Shown here in pieces: positions 16,579 through 31,140 of a stretch of DNA of 64,000 nt. The notes below the pieces were generated by a model. The model did no database searches. It worked only from the letters and a program-made list of their open reading frames with translations, and had not been told where the DNA came from. The stretch comes from the human T2T-CHM13v2.0 reference genome, Homo sapiens, in assembly GCF_009914755.1 (NCBI RefSeq), contig NC_060926.1; one strand, written 5' to 3'. Position numbers and translations under genes: made by a program. Within the stretch, counting starts at the first letter, position 1; each line of letters begins with the position of its first letter.

Positions 16579-18149
16579 TGATAGCTTCATTCTTATACAA
16601 CAACCTGCCTTTCTACCTACAATCTGACCTCCACAACATGTCTCTCTGTTCCTTGTATCTTACCAAGTGGGTAGTGTCTGACCATCACCCTGTTATTGAC
16701 CAGTCACTGTGTCTGAGCATCTTGTTCTCCTCACAGATTTTGCTGCGCCACATAGTTCTCTCTTCCTTTTCTATTTCCCACTAGCCATTTAAACAGATTC
16801 ACATTATTATTGTTTAAAAATTAAGACTTAAAGCATATAATCAAAATAGACATTCCCTGTTTCTTCACAGTCTGGTCACAACTGGTAATCCTGAAAATGT
16901 GTATGTCTATGTTGGAATAAGAAGAGAAAGAAATATTACAGGTAGGAGAAGTGAAGACAGTTAAATTAGCAACTAAATCCTCACGTACAACTCAGTGTTT
17001 CCAACTGTTTACAGCATTTGCCTCAATACTTCTAAAATGAGACTATTTCATGTTTTATCAATTCAAATGGAGCACTGAGTTCCTGTAACAGCTTCTCCTC
17101 CCTAAAAAATACAACATCCTCGCTCTCAACATTTCTTATGAAGATAACAATGTCTGACTAATATAATAATCAATTTATATGATTATAACCATGTAAGTTT
17201 AAGTCTAAAGCTAAGTCTGTGTTTCCTTATACAAATGTTTATTTTAGTTAACATTAATGCTTTCTTGTATTTAATTTCTTAGTTTTATTTATGCTTCTAT
17301 TTTGTTATTTTAGGTATTATAATTAAAAATAATTGAGCTAATATTTTATCTCTAAAACTTCACATATTATTTACTACAACTTTACCTTTAATATGTGGTG
17401 TTTGAAAATATAACATTTGCTTCTATTTTATTCTTCTCTTTCCAGCACCTCATTATATTATTTTCTTGTTTATTTTTCCTTCACTGAGTGGTATATAATA
17501 CAAAGATATCTCATATAAATGGAAAACTACATTAATATTAAAGTGGTTTGATTACACAAATACAAAACCCAAACATACTTTGTCATCTGAATATGTACAA
17601 GTATGTAGAGAGCTTTGTTTAAAATGTTGAACATTTGCTTTATGAGTTAGTATAACATCATCATCCTACTTGTCTTCATCTTCATAGGCATCAAAATCAT
17701 TAAACATCTATTGTGCCCAGGGTTGTGGCAATATTTATACAAACAGCATTATATTTTAACCAGTCTTGTTCCCTAGGAGAAGTTAACAGATGAGCACCTA
17801 TTTTAATAACAAATTAAATATGATTTTTATTTGGGATTAATTACCCCTGCAAAGGCAATTAAACAGAATGTTTGTTACATCTTTGAGATCACTTAATGAT
17901 GTCAGTATTCCCATATTTATACTTCTCTCTGATTTTCCAGAAACCATTAATAACCATTCATGGATATGAAATAACAGTAAACAATCTTAAACCATAGAAC
18001 ATATCTTCATGTTTTAGTAGCAAAGATGTTTATTTTAGACTTACATCTATATCAGTGGAGTATAAGAGAGATGAGTCACTATAAGCAATAGTGAATTGTG
18101 TGGAAAATTAATTTGATAAAACCAATAGCCTTTTTCTCTACAGAAAATA

Positions 18150-18273
18150 GTGTGTGTGTGTGCATGCATGTGCATGTGCATGTGTGTGTGTGTGCGCGTG
18201 CGTGTGTGTACACATGTGCATGTGCGTGTGTGTGTGTGCACGCGTGCGTGTGTGTGTGTGTGTGTGTGTGTAT
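18150..18273. repeat. Compound (GT)n/(GCAT)/(GC) alternating purine-pyrimidine tract
   Basis: Directly visible, 124 bp. Confidence 0.95.
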
Positions 18274-19627
18274 TTTTCTTGATAAATATCCAGCCTTTCT
18301 TTTGGACTACCTGGAAAACTACAGATGGGAAAGATAGAGTTCAGAATATTCAGGAGTTGCAACATTTTACACTTTTCTGCAGTAGCTATAATCTTTCTTC
18401 AGTAGCTTTGGGGTGATAGAATTCAGTAATTCTATTCCAAAAACCATTTAGTTGGGAATCTCAGAATGTATAAAAGTTTAGTATTAGCCCAGGCTTACAA
18501 ATGTGCAATTTTAAATTATTGGCTTCTGCATACTATGGACACATTACCAAAAGACATTTGAAAGAATTATATCACATAAACATATATTGTTGGGCATATC
18601 TATTATTCATGATTGTGCTTTGGAAACCAGATACGTGAGATTCAAAAGTAATCATGCCAAACTATCTGTGCCTTTATGTTCTTGTATTAGTTAGGAGATG
18701 ATATAAAAAAAACATATCTTCAAGCCACCTACTTTTTTTCTCAAGAGGAAATGTAGCCTCTATGCAGCCCTTTGGCTATTTTATCCTACTATTAGCTATC
18801 TATTTTCTTCTACCCTACACATACAACAGATAAAATATGCATTTCTATATTAAGATATTTAATTTTTTCTTTCAAATCTGAATTTTAGTTTTAACAGCAA
18901 TGCTTATTTTTAAGGGTCTCCTGTATATTAGAACCTACAAAATAAATTTCTGCATGAGTATAGCTCTAAGGATTTGAAGTGTCTTTAGAAGATTGTATAG
19001 TCTCTCTAATAGCAGAAAATAACAACTATGTAATGGAGTACACATAGTTTTTTAAATCTAGGATTCTATTGCGTCTGGCTTTGAATCTAAAGATCACTTG
19101 AAGGACTACTAATTGTTTAATGCATCATTGTTAAAGTTAAAAATATTCACATACATGTTTAGTAAATGAATGAGATAATTATTTTAAACTGTTGGAACAG
19201 ATTCATATAAATTAACTGATTCAAAAGATGTATTAACTGCTATTTTGAGTATATATTAGCATGGAAAACTTTGGAAAGATTGAGCAAAGTTCTTAATTTG
19301 TCTCTGCTTTCCCTTTTCCTGTGGTGTATGCAAGACAGTACACACTAAATCTCCCATATTCTTCAATCTGATGTCCCCAAATTACCTAGTTTCCTGCTGA
19401 TCTAATAAACACAGTGGACTTTGCTTCATTTCAGAATGCAGCTCAAACTAGCTTGCTCAATTCACACATTGTATGTGTGAACAATATGTATGTATGTGCT
19501 TGAACAAAGCAAAGGAAAGCAAATAACCTCTTTAGTGCTATCAACAATTCATCAACACAGTTTCATTGTTGTCTACAACTTGCCTCCTTCAGATACCCAA
19601 GTACTATTCTCAATTTTAAGAGTGTTT

Positions 19628-19930
19628 TGCAGGGCTCAGTGGCTCACACTTGTAATCCCAGCACTTTGGAAATCCAAGGTGGGTGGATCACCTCAGGTCA
19701 GGAGTTCGAGACCAGCCTGGCCAACATGGTAAAACTCCGTCTCTGCTAAAAATACAAAAATTTGCCAAGCATGGTAGCCAGCGCCTATAATCCCAGCTAC
19801 TTAGGAGGCTGAGACCAGAGAATCACTTGAACCCGGGAGGCAGAGGCTGCAGTGAGCCGAGGTGGTGCCACTTCACTCCAGCCTGGGCAACAAGAGGGAA
19901 ACTCTATATACAAAATAATAATAATAATAA
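19628..19930 (+). mobile_element. AluSx/Sq-like SINE with (AAT)n tail
   Basis: Full Alu body. Confidence 0.93.
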
Positions 19931-19931
19931 A

Positions 19932-20400
<469 letters not shown>

Positions 20401-20620
20401 TCTCTGCAGTTTCCTGCATTCTCAGTTAAAAAAATAACTGCCACTTTGGAAGTTATTTCTGCTCTTTTGGTTGTCAGCACTCAATTTTTACAATATCCTT
20501 AACTGTATTTTTTCTTCTAAATTGAATGTATTTAGTAATAATTGCACACAGCAACCATCGTTTGATAAAGTTGCTTCAACTTGTGACAATTTCTCTCCTC
20601 TGTCTTACTGTTGTCAACAA

Positions 20621-20852
20621 CAGGTGTTGTACAATAGAATGTCCTACAGTGATGGAAATAGTCTATATCTGCACTGATTGGTACAGTAGCCACTGATAAA
20701 CTCCATGACGCTATTGAGCCTCATGGCTAAGTGAAAATAACTTGAAATCTGGCTATGCGTGACTGATGAAACAAACTTTTAATTTAATGTTTTAAAATTT
20801 TAGTTTACTCAAATAGCGAAATTGTCTAGTGACTTCCAATTGGACAGCACAC
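20621..20852 (+). mobile_element. MER3 (hAT-Charlie) MITE
   Basis: CAATAGAA...GATGGAAATAGTCTATATCTGCACTG...GTAGCCACT...TTGGACAGCAC. Confidence 0.75.
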
Positions 20853-21184
20853 GTCTTGAACTTTACTTTTATCTTCTTTAAAGTAAAAAAATAAATAAAT
20901 AAATAAAGTTAAATTTAATACCCATATACTTACTGAATAGTCGATAGTTAAGTAGATTACCTAGTATACAGATATTTCCCAACATAGCAATAATATTTTA
21001 TAGTCCATGCATCCCTCTGGCTCAGTTTTCTTCTTGCTGTTGAGACGAGAGTGAACAACAAATCAACAAAATATATTTTAATAAGAAAAATGCATTAGGT
21101 TTTGGAAAATGTTAAGTGCTAAAGAGAAAAGTAAAACAGGATGTGAGCTAGGTAGGGTGGGGTTATAAAAATGCATTTGGTAGT

Positions 21185-21545
21185 CTGGCTGCACAAAATT
21201 AGGTTTCCCTAACAAATGATCCCAAAATCTGAGTGCCCCAGTAGTGCTAAATTTATTTCTCACTCATACTATGCATTTAGTACCAGTTGGATATTTGGTT
21301 CTGTTCATTTTAATCCATCAGGGAACCAGCCTAGTGGAGTTTCCTCTTGACTCGTGTTTCTATAATTACCCTAGCAGTAGAAAATGAGAGCGAGCACAAG
21401 AACAAAAGTGAGAGCAAGACAAATAGCCCCTCAACTCTTAAGTCATTTGCATGGAAGTAATACTTAGTATATCCATTCACATTTCATCAACTCAAGCAAA
21501 TCTCATGGTCAAACATTAACTAAAAGGGTCAGGAAATTTTAGGAA
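21185..21545 (-). mobile_element. Old MLT1 (J/K/L-like) LTR fragment
   Basis: AACAAATGATCCCAAAATCTGAGTG...ATTTATTTCTCACTCAT...GCAAATCTCATGGTCAAAC. Confidence 0.45.
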
Positions 21546-22662
21546 CCTTCTTAGTCTATTTTTCTTATTAATAAATGCACTTATTTTTTTTCCTAAGCCA
21601 GGCAAAACAAATGCACAAGAGAAGAAACTTTAATTACATTCATGGGGATGACTTTATTATGAAGACTTTATCAAATGGCAATGGGTGACCTATGTTTTGA
21701 AGCATGAGAGTGATTTATCATGTAACAAAAGAACGGTTTAATTTATTATCTCTAGAATGTGTATTGTATGTGGTAGGTATAGGAAACTGAGTTTAAATAG
21801 AAGTAATCAGAAATATATATGTAAAAAAAGAACTTTTTTTTCTTTCAGAAATTACACTGTGGTGACTCTTGAATTAATAGAGACAACTCTTATCTCATGG
21901 ACCAGTTGGTAAGTCAGGCAATGTCTGTGTCGTGATAGAAAGTCTTATGTCATCGCTGAAGAAATTTACAAGCCTTCCCCCTTTCCATGGGACTTAATAT
22001 CCATTTAAACTAATATTTTTCACTGAAATGAATAAGTCATTGACCACGCAGAGGGTCATTGAGTTACATACCTCACAGTTGTCCATTTACCACCATGTGT
22101 TCTATCAGATAAATGAGACAAAATACTTTCCGCTGAACTCCTGGTGAGTTTAACAGAAAGTACATTAATTGAATGACTAACATTATGTAACTTCATTAAA
22201 TGGCAACAGTAATTATATGGCTTTTAATTTAAAGGACAGGCACTAATGAATAATATAATGAGGTACAAATGACCACATACTAATTCTGTATTTTTTAAAT
22301 AACTAGAGATATGTGCTGTGTTGTCAAGTGCAGAACATATTTAAAGAATTACTAAGTTATTGCTGTAAAAGAAAAACAACAAAAAGCTTTGAACCTTTTC
22401 CTTATACTTTGAACTTAGACTGTTGATGACTTCAGTTCACTTTTTCTCTTATATTTTATCCTCATTTGTGTACTTGGTAAAAAGAAGCAATGAAGAACAA
22501 GGAGAAAAAAAATACACTCTATTAGGAAAAAACATAATCTGCACTGTTTCTTCTTCTCATCCTGATTTGTCTGACATATTGACCACTGAAATTACAATGT
22601 TGATTTCTCTTTTCCTGACTGTCATTTATTACTCAGTAACCCTTAGTGTCTCATACCCATAC

Positions 22663-23015
22663 TGTTGTAGGACTTTCCTCCTTAGTTCAGCTGAAAGCTG
22701 GGTCCTTGTCACACGGCCATAAAAAATTAGGCTCACAGATGATTTGAAGGGGGAGAAAAATGGAATTCATTGGGCAAAATGGAAAAAAAAAAAAAAAAAG
22801 GAAACAGGGACTCTCTGCAAGACCAGAGTTCTGCTAGTGTGCTTCCCACCTTGCAGATGGAATCTCAGGTCCCACTTAGGAAGAGGAGGGGCCAGGCTCT
22901 TCCCCACTGCAAACAGCATGAACTTCTGTGGCTCCACCCCAGTGCTCACTCCTCCCAGTGAGCAGGCTGGCTGGTTGGAGTTTCTTTGGGGACCCCTTCC
23001 CACCTGGCTGTCTCA
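22663..23015 (-). mobile_element. MER61-family ERV1 solo LTR
   Basis: TGTTGTAGGACTTTCCTCCTTAGTTCAGCT...CACCTGGCTGTCTCA; TG...CA ends, 4-bp TSD ATAC. Confidence 0.85.
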
Positions 23016-23286
23016 ATACTTGCCAGGGTCCATGTGTTTACTTCTCTTCCCTGTGTCCTCTCTCAGGAATAAATCCACAGCCATAATTTCCAAGTTAGTG
23101 TGCAATGAAGTCAATGTGCTTCCTTTCCTAGTATAAACTGAACTTTCATAACATCTGTAATGGATACATTGTGACTGTTAATAGATTTTCAGTCTATACT
23201 GATCAGGAACTTTAAAAGATTGATGGAAAGTAGAAGAATCTTTCTGGAACTTGTGTATACATCCCATGTAATGATAAAATACAATT

Positions 23287-23564
23287 GGCCAGGCAGGCTG
23301 GCTCACGCCTATAATCCTAGCACTTTGGGAGGCCGAGGTGGGCAGATCACGAGGTCAGGAGACCGAGACCATCCTGGCCAACATGGTGAAACCCCTTCTC
23401 TACTAAAATACAAAAAATCTGCTGGGTGTGGCGGTGTGCACCTGTAATCCCAGCTACTAGGGAGGCTGAGGCAGGGGAATTGCTCAAACCCGGAAGCAGA
23501 GATTGCAGTGAGCTGAGATCATGCCACTGCACTCCAGCCGGGCAACAGAAGGAGACTCCATCTC

Positions 23565-23603
<39 letters not shown>

Positions 23604-23604
23604 A
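23287..23604 (+). mobile_element. AluSc-like SINE with (AAAT)n tail
   Basis: Full Alu, tail of about 10 AAAT units. Confidence 0.95.
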
Positions 23605-23763
23605 TATTATAACGATTATTTGTATCGGGCTGTTATAACCTGGAAGAATTCCACTGTCTGAGTAACAGATAACTGAGGAAATGTATGGGATATCCCACTT
23701 CAAATACAGGTGATAATATACGCCCCCAAATTACCACTTAAATTGTCCCCACACTTCAGAAAT

Positions 23764-23815
23764 GATAATGGGAAAAAGACAGAAAGGGAGAAAGATGATG
23801 GGAAAAAGACAGAAA
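23764..23815. repeat. 30-bp-period tandem duplication
   Basis: GAT(A/G)ATGGGAAAAAGACAGAAA twice. Confidence 0.8.
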
Positions 23816-24929
23816 ACAAGGCTATTTTCCTAATTTAATCATCATTACTGAAAGACCAAATTTCGAAATTGATATTTTCACCCAGTTGCTCCACTGAGGT
23901 TGCTCTAGGAGTATTTCCTCCTTTACAATTCTGACACACTTGTAAAAGTGAACAAGTAAGAGTTTAGGAGAAATGTTTCTTCTACACACCTCATTATTGT
24001 TTTAAGTGAAAATAGTCAACACATGCTAAGTGGTAGTATTATTCAAATGCTAAACAGATTATATTCCCTCAATGAAGTTATGACCTGAGGCAGGAGGAGC
24101 AAAACAAGAGACTATTTTCTTACTAAGTTAAATTCTAAAATTATTTTTGGGTATCAGGGAAGTAGAACACCATATTCACCACCCCCCCAAAAAAAAGTGA
24201 TTAAGGAATGGTTTACCAATGAGGAGATATTTGAGCTGATTTTTCAGCAATAAAATTCAGCAGACCGACAAGCAGAGAATAGAAGAGATTTGTGCCAAGG
24301 GTAATGTGAAATGTCACAGAGGTGAAAATGGTCAAGTTTGTTAAATGTAATTGGCTCATTGTAGCTGAATAATGTGTGGTACACAATAGTGGAAAGCAAT
24401 GGTGAAATAGTTGGAATATATTACAAATGAATGCCAGTAAATACCATATATCATGAACATATATTTTAAATTTCACATCAATAAATATCTTAAATAACAT
24501 GTCAAAGAATGCCACATTTAGGTAACCTTTGTGTGGCAGAGTCTAGAGAGTTCTAGTAAGAATAAGCAATTTAAAAATGCATGGTAAGCATAACCTTTGG
24601 CAGAACTGTTGAAGACAAATTTGAGTAATAAGGCAAAGGTCTAGACAGACCAGTCAATAAAGGACTGAAATTCTTTATTTAGCACTACATATTGAAAAGG
24701 ACAGAAAATATTCAGCATAATTTGTTTCAGAAGGGTATAGAATGTTTGGTAGTTGTGGGAAAGAAGACGTGACTAAAATAATTTGAAATGACCAATAAAA
24801 AATATGAAGTATAAACTTTGGCTAAATTTAAAATACAATTGTATAAGAATTAAACAATTTTTATCAAGAGAAAACATACCAGTATAAATAATTGTTATAT
24901 TTATATTGGTAATATTTTATTACATGAAA

Positions 24930-25365
24930 TTTATTGCAATTGAAAAACAATCCTAGCAAAAAAGAGCAAATGAAGATGAAAACAAGCAGAAGAGAAGAAA
25001 TAAAAATTAAGACAGAAACAAGAAAAAATAGAGAATATAAAGAAACTAAAATATGTTTTCTTAAAAAGATAAAATTGATAAATCTGTAGCAAATCTAATC
25101 AACATAAAAGAGTAAAGATACAAACTACAAACAAGAAATGAAAAGAGTCATCACTACTTGATCCTGCAGACATTAAAATAATGATAAAGGAACACTAATA
25201 TATGTCCAAAATTTGGTATCTTAAATGAAATAGATCAATTTATTTAAAGAGAAACTGCTAAACTTCACGTAAGAAGAAAAAGAAAACATGGATATCCTTG
25301 TACACATTTTAAAAATTGAATCAATAATTAATATCCTCCCATAAAAGACAGGACTAGGCTCTGAT
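24930..25365 (+). mobile_element. Old L1M ORF2 fragment
   Basis: GAAATGAAAAGAG..CATCACTAC.TGATCCTGCAGACATTAAA...AAATGAAATAGATCAATT. Confidence 0.7.
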
Positions 25366-25367
25366 TG

Positions 25368-25978
25368 TGGAGTCTTTAGAGATTTCTACATACAGAATTA
25401 TATAATCAGCAATGAGAGGTAATTTGACTTATTTCGTTTTTTGGATGCTGACATGGTTTGGCTGTGTCCCCACCCAAATCTCATCTTGAATTGTAGCTCC
25501 CATAATTCCTCCCATGTTATGGGAGGGAGCTAGTGGGAGACAATTGAATCATGGGCGCAGGTTCTCCCATATTGCTCTTCTGTTAGTGAATAAGACTCAC
25601 GAGATCTGATGGTTTGATAAGGTGAAGCCCCTTTTGCTTGGTTCTCTCATTCTCTCTTGTCTGCTGCCATGTAAGATGTCCCTTTTGCCTTCTGTCATGA
25701 GTGTGATGCTTCCTCAGCCACGTGGAACTGCGAGTCCATTAAATCTCTTTTTCTTTATAAATTAACCAGTCTCAGGTATGTCTTTACCAGCAATGTGAAA
25801 ATGGACTAATACAGAAGCCTTTTTTTTCTTTCTCTTGCCTGACTGCTCTGGATAGGACTTTTAGTACTATGTTGACTAGGAGTGGTGAGAGAGGGCATAC
25901 TTGTATGTTCCTGTTCTTAAAGGGAATACTTCCAGCTTCTGCCATTCAGTATGATGTTGACTGTGGGTTTGTCATAGA
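25368..25978 (-). mobile_element. L1 ORF2 RT fragment split by a THE1 LTR
   Basis: Antisense of the IYDKPT.NIILNG...PLSPLL.NIVL...ENPKDS region, continuing on both sides of 25449-25813. Confidence 0.8.
25449..25813 (+). mobile_element. THE1 (THE1C-like) solo LTR
   Basis: TGACATGGTTTGGCTGTGTCCCCACCCAAATCTCATCTTGAATTGTAG...GGACTAATACA; 5-bp TSD GATGC/GAAGC. Confidence 0.92.
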
Positions 25979-26145
25979 TTTTTTCTTTTTGGGAGTGGGG
26001 GACAAGGTCTTGCTCAGTTGCCCAGACTGAAGTGCAGTGGTGCAAATCATAGCATACTGTAACCTCAAACTCCTGGACTCAAGTCATCCTCCCACTTTGG
26101 CTTCCCAAAGTACAGAGATTACAGGCATAAGCAATTAAGCCTGGC
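25979..26145 (-). mobile_element. FRAM-like Alu monomer
   Basis: Single diverged right-arm-type monomer. Confidence 0.75.
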
Positions 26146-26439
26146 ACTACAATATTTCATATCAAAAATTTTTGAGAATCATTTTATAGTTTTGTTTTTT
26201 CAGTTTAACTATAATTGCCTTAACAGCTTCCATTTAAAAAATGAGTTTAACATATTAGTAGATATCAAGAATTATATATTTATTGGCTATTACAGATCAG
26301 GGCTGTTTTTAGTAAAGGAATTAAGTCACTGAAGCTCTTATTACAGTAATCTGGTACATGCATATGTTATTATAGTATGTATGTCCATTTTTGTTTCATT
26401 TAAGCTGACATGTCAAATAAAATGCCATGAGTTACATTT

Positions 26440-26618
26440 CTCTATTTAAATTTAAATGATAAAATCAATTAATGTAATTTAACTTAAAATTTAGTCTCTC
26501 AGTATCTCCAAGCCACTTTCCAAATTCTCCATTGCCATGGATGGCTATAAGCTATCATATTAAACATCATAGTTATAGAACATTCCATGACTATAGAAAG
26601 TTCTATTAGACAATGCTG
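26440..26618 (-). mobile_element. MER3 MITE
   Basis: TATAGAACATTCCATGACTATAGAAAGTTCTATTAGACAATGCTG is the antisense MER3 5' end. Confidence 0.65.
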
Positions 26619-26970
26619 ATCTAGAGCTTCTCATCCAAAAGAGGACAAAGCACTATTTAAACCTTAATTCTCTCTTGGTTTAGTGAAGTCCTCTCTGGCA
26701 TTTCTGATTCTATCGTGTTAAAAATACATTTCTCAGCAACATTACTTACACATATACATACTCAGTTTATTTTTATCTTATGGAGGAGACATATCAATCT
26801 AGGAAATAAATCTAGCAAATTAATTCTCAGAAAGGGGGATAGAAAGTTAAAACATTTTTTTCTAAAAGCTTTGATTCATATATTCACTATAAACATAAGG
26901 GGTAAAAGGAGGCTCAAAAATTGAACTTTTTAATTCTGTTGTTATGACCTCTCAGATGTCATATTCTTAA

Positions 26971-27282
<312 letters not shown>

Positions 27283-27495
27283 AATACTCTTTCCTTCTTA
27301 TTCTTCTTAAACTAATTCCTGTTTTTGCTGAGCCTAATACTGCATATTACATATATTTGCTCATTCCTTCAATTCCATTCCATGAAAACCAATGTAATCT
27401 TGCTGCCAGGTGCACCAGCAAATTGAAAGATACTGCAGAATGCTAACAGCTCAGGACAAAGGTTTGAGAATAAGAATGACAAACTGAAATGTTGG

Positions 27496-27584
27496 GATAG
27501 AAAGATGATAGATAGATACAAAGATAGATAGATAGATAGATAGATGATAGATAGATAGATAGATAGATGATAGATAGATGGATG
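27496..27584. repeat. Compound (GATA)n tetranucleotide STR
   Basis: Directly visible. Confidence 0.95.
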
Positions 27585-27623
27585 AATTGTGTGTGCATGG
27601 ATAAATAAATTTTCTAAATGTAG

Positions 27624-28001
27624 TGTTAAATTACATAAGCAAGAAACCATTGGCCTGAGGCTGTCTCTGTAATTTGTTTCTGTGTAATTAAATACAACTA
27701 CATGAACACATCAATACCTAACTTAGGAGTCTCAATTTATGTAACAGATAGCCAGGTCTCAGCCAATCACAGGCAGCCAACTGATCAGACCATTTCCAAA
27801 TAAGGCATATACCTAGCTTTAACCAATCAAGCTATTTCTATACTTACTCCCATGTTCTGTCTATAAATACTCACTGCCCATGTGGCAAAGCAGAGCTCTC
27901 TGAATCTTTTCAGATTCTGTGTAATGTGTGATTCATGAATCTTTCTTTTTTTTCCACGTAAATTCTGTTAAATTTATGTTGTCTGAAATTTTTCTTTTAC
28001 A
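27624..28001 (+). mobile_element. MER57-family ERV1 solo LTR
   Basis: TGTTAAA...CAGCCAATCACAGGCAGCCAACTGATCAGACC...AAATAAGGCA...CTGTTAAATTTA...TTTCTTTTACA. Confidence 0.7.
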
Positions 28002-28220
28002 ATAAGACTAAACCTTACTGTATGTGACTTGCTTTGCTCTTAGTAACAAAGCTAGAGAGAGTGTGGTTTTAAAAATAATATTTAGTTTAAATTGTACCAT
28101 TGAAAATATATTAATCAGCATATATTTATTTATAGTATATTATGCTGATAGTGTAAATGTAGAGGTAAAACAGGTTAAAAAACAAACCGGCCCAGTGCCT
28201 GCCTTCATCAAGCTTACAAT

Positions 28221-28571
28221 TGTTTTAGAACTCTCTCCTTAGTTCAATTAAAAGCTGGGGTCTCGTCACATGACCATGAAAAATTAGGCTCACAGACAAT
28301 TTGAAGTCTGAGAAGAGCAGGGTTTATTGGGTGAAAAGGGCAAAGGCAAAAAAAAAAAAAAAAAACGGAAACAGGGACTCTCAGCAAAGCGAGACTCCTG
28401 CTAGGAGACTTCCTGCCTCACAGACTGAATCCCAAGTACCACCCCGGAACAGGAGGGGCCAGACTCCTCCCTGCTGCAAAGGGCAAGAACTTCCCATGGC
28501 TCCACCCATTTCTCCCAGTGTGCAGGCTGGTCACAGGTTCTCCAGGGACCTCTTTATACTTGGCTGTCTCA
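28221..28571 (-). mobile_element. MER61-family ERV1 solo LTR (second, diverged copy)
   Basis: Clearly homologous to 22663-23015; TSD CAAT/CAAC. Confidence 0.85.
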
Positions 28572-28597
28572 CAACGACCACATGAATTAAGTGACTG

Positions 28598-29124
28598 TGT
28601 GATGGTTAATTGCGTGTATCAATTTGGCTAGGCTACGGTGTTCAGTTGTTTGGCTAAATAATAGGATGTTGCAGTGAAGGTACTTTTTAGATGTGATTAA
28701 CATTTAAATAGATACACTCTGAGTAAAACAGATTACCCTTCATAATGCGGGTAGGCCTCATCCAATCATTTGAATGCCTTAAAAGAACGAGGGGCCCATT
28801 CCGTTCAGAACAGGAACGAATTCTGCCTCCAGACTGCCCTAGAACTCAAGACTGCAATAGCAACCCCTGCCAGAATTTCCAGCTTGTTGGCCTGCACTGC
28901 AAATTTCAGACCTGCCAGCCCCCACTAGATATAGGATATCTAGTATATCTCTAGATATAGGATATCAAGTATATGTCTAGATATAGGATATCAAATATAT
29001 CTCTAGATATAGGATGATATAGAAATAGATATATAGATATCCTAGATATAGGATGACATATTTTATATATACTCATCCTATATCTAGATATAGAGTTCTA
29101 TTTTCTCTGGAAAACCCAAATACA
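28598..29124 (+). mobile_element. MLT2 (C/D-like) ERVL solo LTR
   Basis: TGTGATGGTTAAT...GATTACCCTTCATAATGCGGGTAGGCCTCATCCAATCA...AATACA; 5-bp TSD GACTG. Confidence 0.85.
28925..29091. repeat. 26-bp minisatellite plus inverted repeat inside MLT2
   Basis: CTAGATATAGGATATCTAGTATATCT-type units at 28925, 28951 and 28977, partial units at 29003 and 29042. Confidence 0.9.
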
Positions 29125-29137
29125 GACTGTAACAGCA

Positions 29138-29446
29138 TTTCTTTTTTTTTTTTTTCTTTTTTAGATAGACTCTTGCTCTTGTTGACCAGGCTGGAGTGCA
29201 ATGGCACAATCTCAGCTCACTGCAACCTCCACCTCCCGGTTCATGTGATTCTCCTGCCTCAGCCTCCCGGGTAGCTGGGATTACAGGTGCCTGCCACCAC
29301 GCCCAGCTAATTTTTGTATTTTTAGTAGAGACAGGGTTTTGCCATGTTGACCATGCTGGTCTTGAACTCTTGACCTCATGATCAACCCGCCTCGGCCTCT
29401 GAAAGTGCTGGGATTACAGACTTGAGCTGTGGTACCACACCCGGCC
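29138..29446 (-). mobile_element. AluS SINE
   Basis: Antisense Alu; TSD TGTAACAGCAT. Confidence 0.95.
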
Positions 29447-29898
29447 TTGTAACAGCATATTAATCAATATACTGAAGAAAAGGGAAAAGTCATCAGGATG
29501 TTTCAAGAGATGTGACTGCTGGGCCATATGTAGATGATGGAAATATTTTTCTCTACATAGATGGGCATACCTTGTCCTAGAGAAAAATATAAATAGGGTG
29601 TGGACAGAAAGAGCTAAGGAAAACACCAGAAAGCCACCCTCTAGCACTGGGTTTATAGTATCCAATTTATAGTGCATGATTCAAGTCTATTCTTAAGTTT
29701 CTAGTTCAATATTAATGAATGAAGTCCTGCAATACTTATTTCATAATTTTTTCATTATTATTTCATACATATTTTGTTACTTCACTTCCTTGAGTATTTA
29801 TTTTCATGAAGAGCACATTTTTTCCCATCTGGAAAATTCACCTCTGTACATTTCATACGTGAAAGTAAACATTACCGGATGAAAAATTATTGACACAT

Positions 29899-30404
<506 letters not shown>

Positions 30405-30823
30405 CTAGTTATCCAAAGACATTTGCCTTTATAATAATTACTTCTTAAAACATAGGAATCTATCAAGATATAGGTCTCTTGTCATTGTTTTTCCGTAGAA
30501 GTGAATAACCCTTTGTAGGAAAATTTTGGTGATACTGCTGATGATAATGATTATGATGGTCTTAGTTTAATTTTTGTAATATCAAGCACTCTCTCATTTT
30601 AACTATGAATTTTTAAATGAAAATCCTCAGAGAAAGACTGGAGTATTTCCTCTTGTCCTAAGTCAAGACATAATTATTTAAATGTCAGCTCTTCTCTTTC
30701 TATATTAAAAAGAGATTTTAATATTTTGATTTTAGTGTGTGTAATTTCCTTGGTATTCTTCTTTATCTTACGTATCTTTTTTTAATTTCAATCAGTTTAG
30801 TTTGCCTATCACCTTGCTTTTAA

Positions 30824-31140
<317 letters not shown>

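Noticed and set aside
28925-29091. CRISPR-like array (also considered for 53821-53972 and 55495-55632)
   Set aside because: Units are head-to-tail without unique spacers, there are no cas genes, and the context is primate
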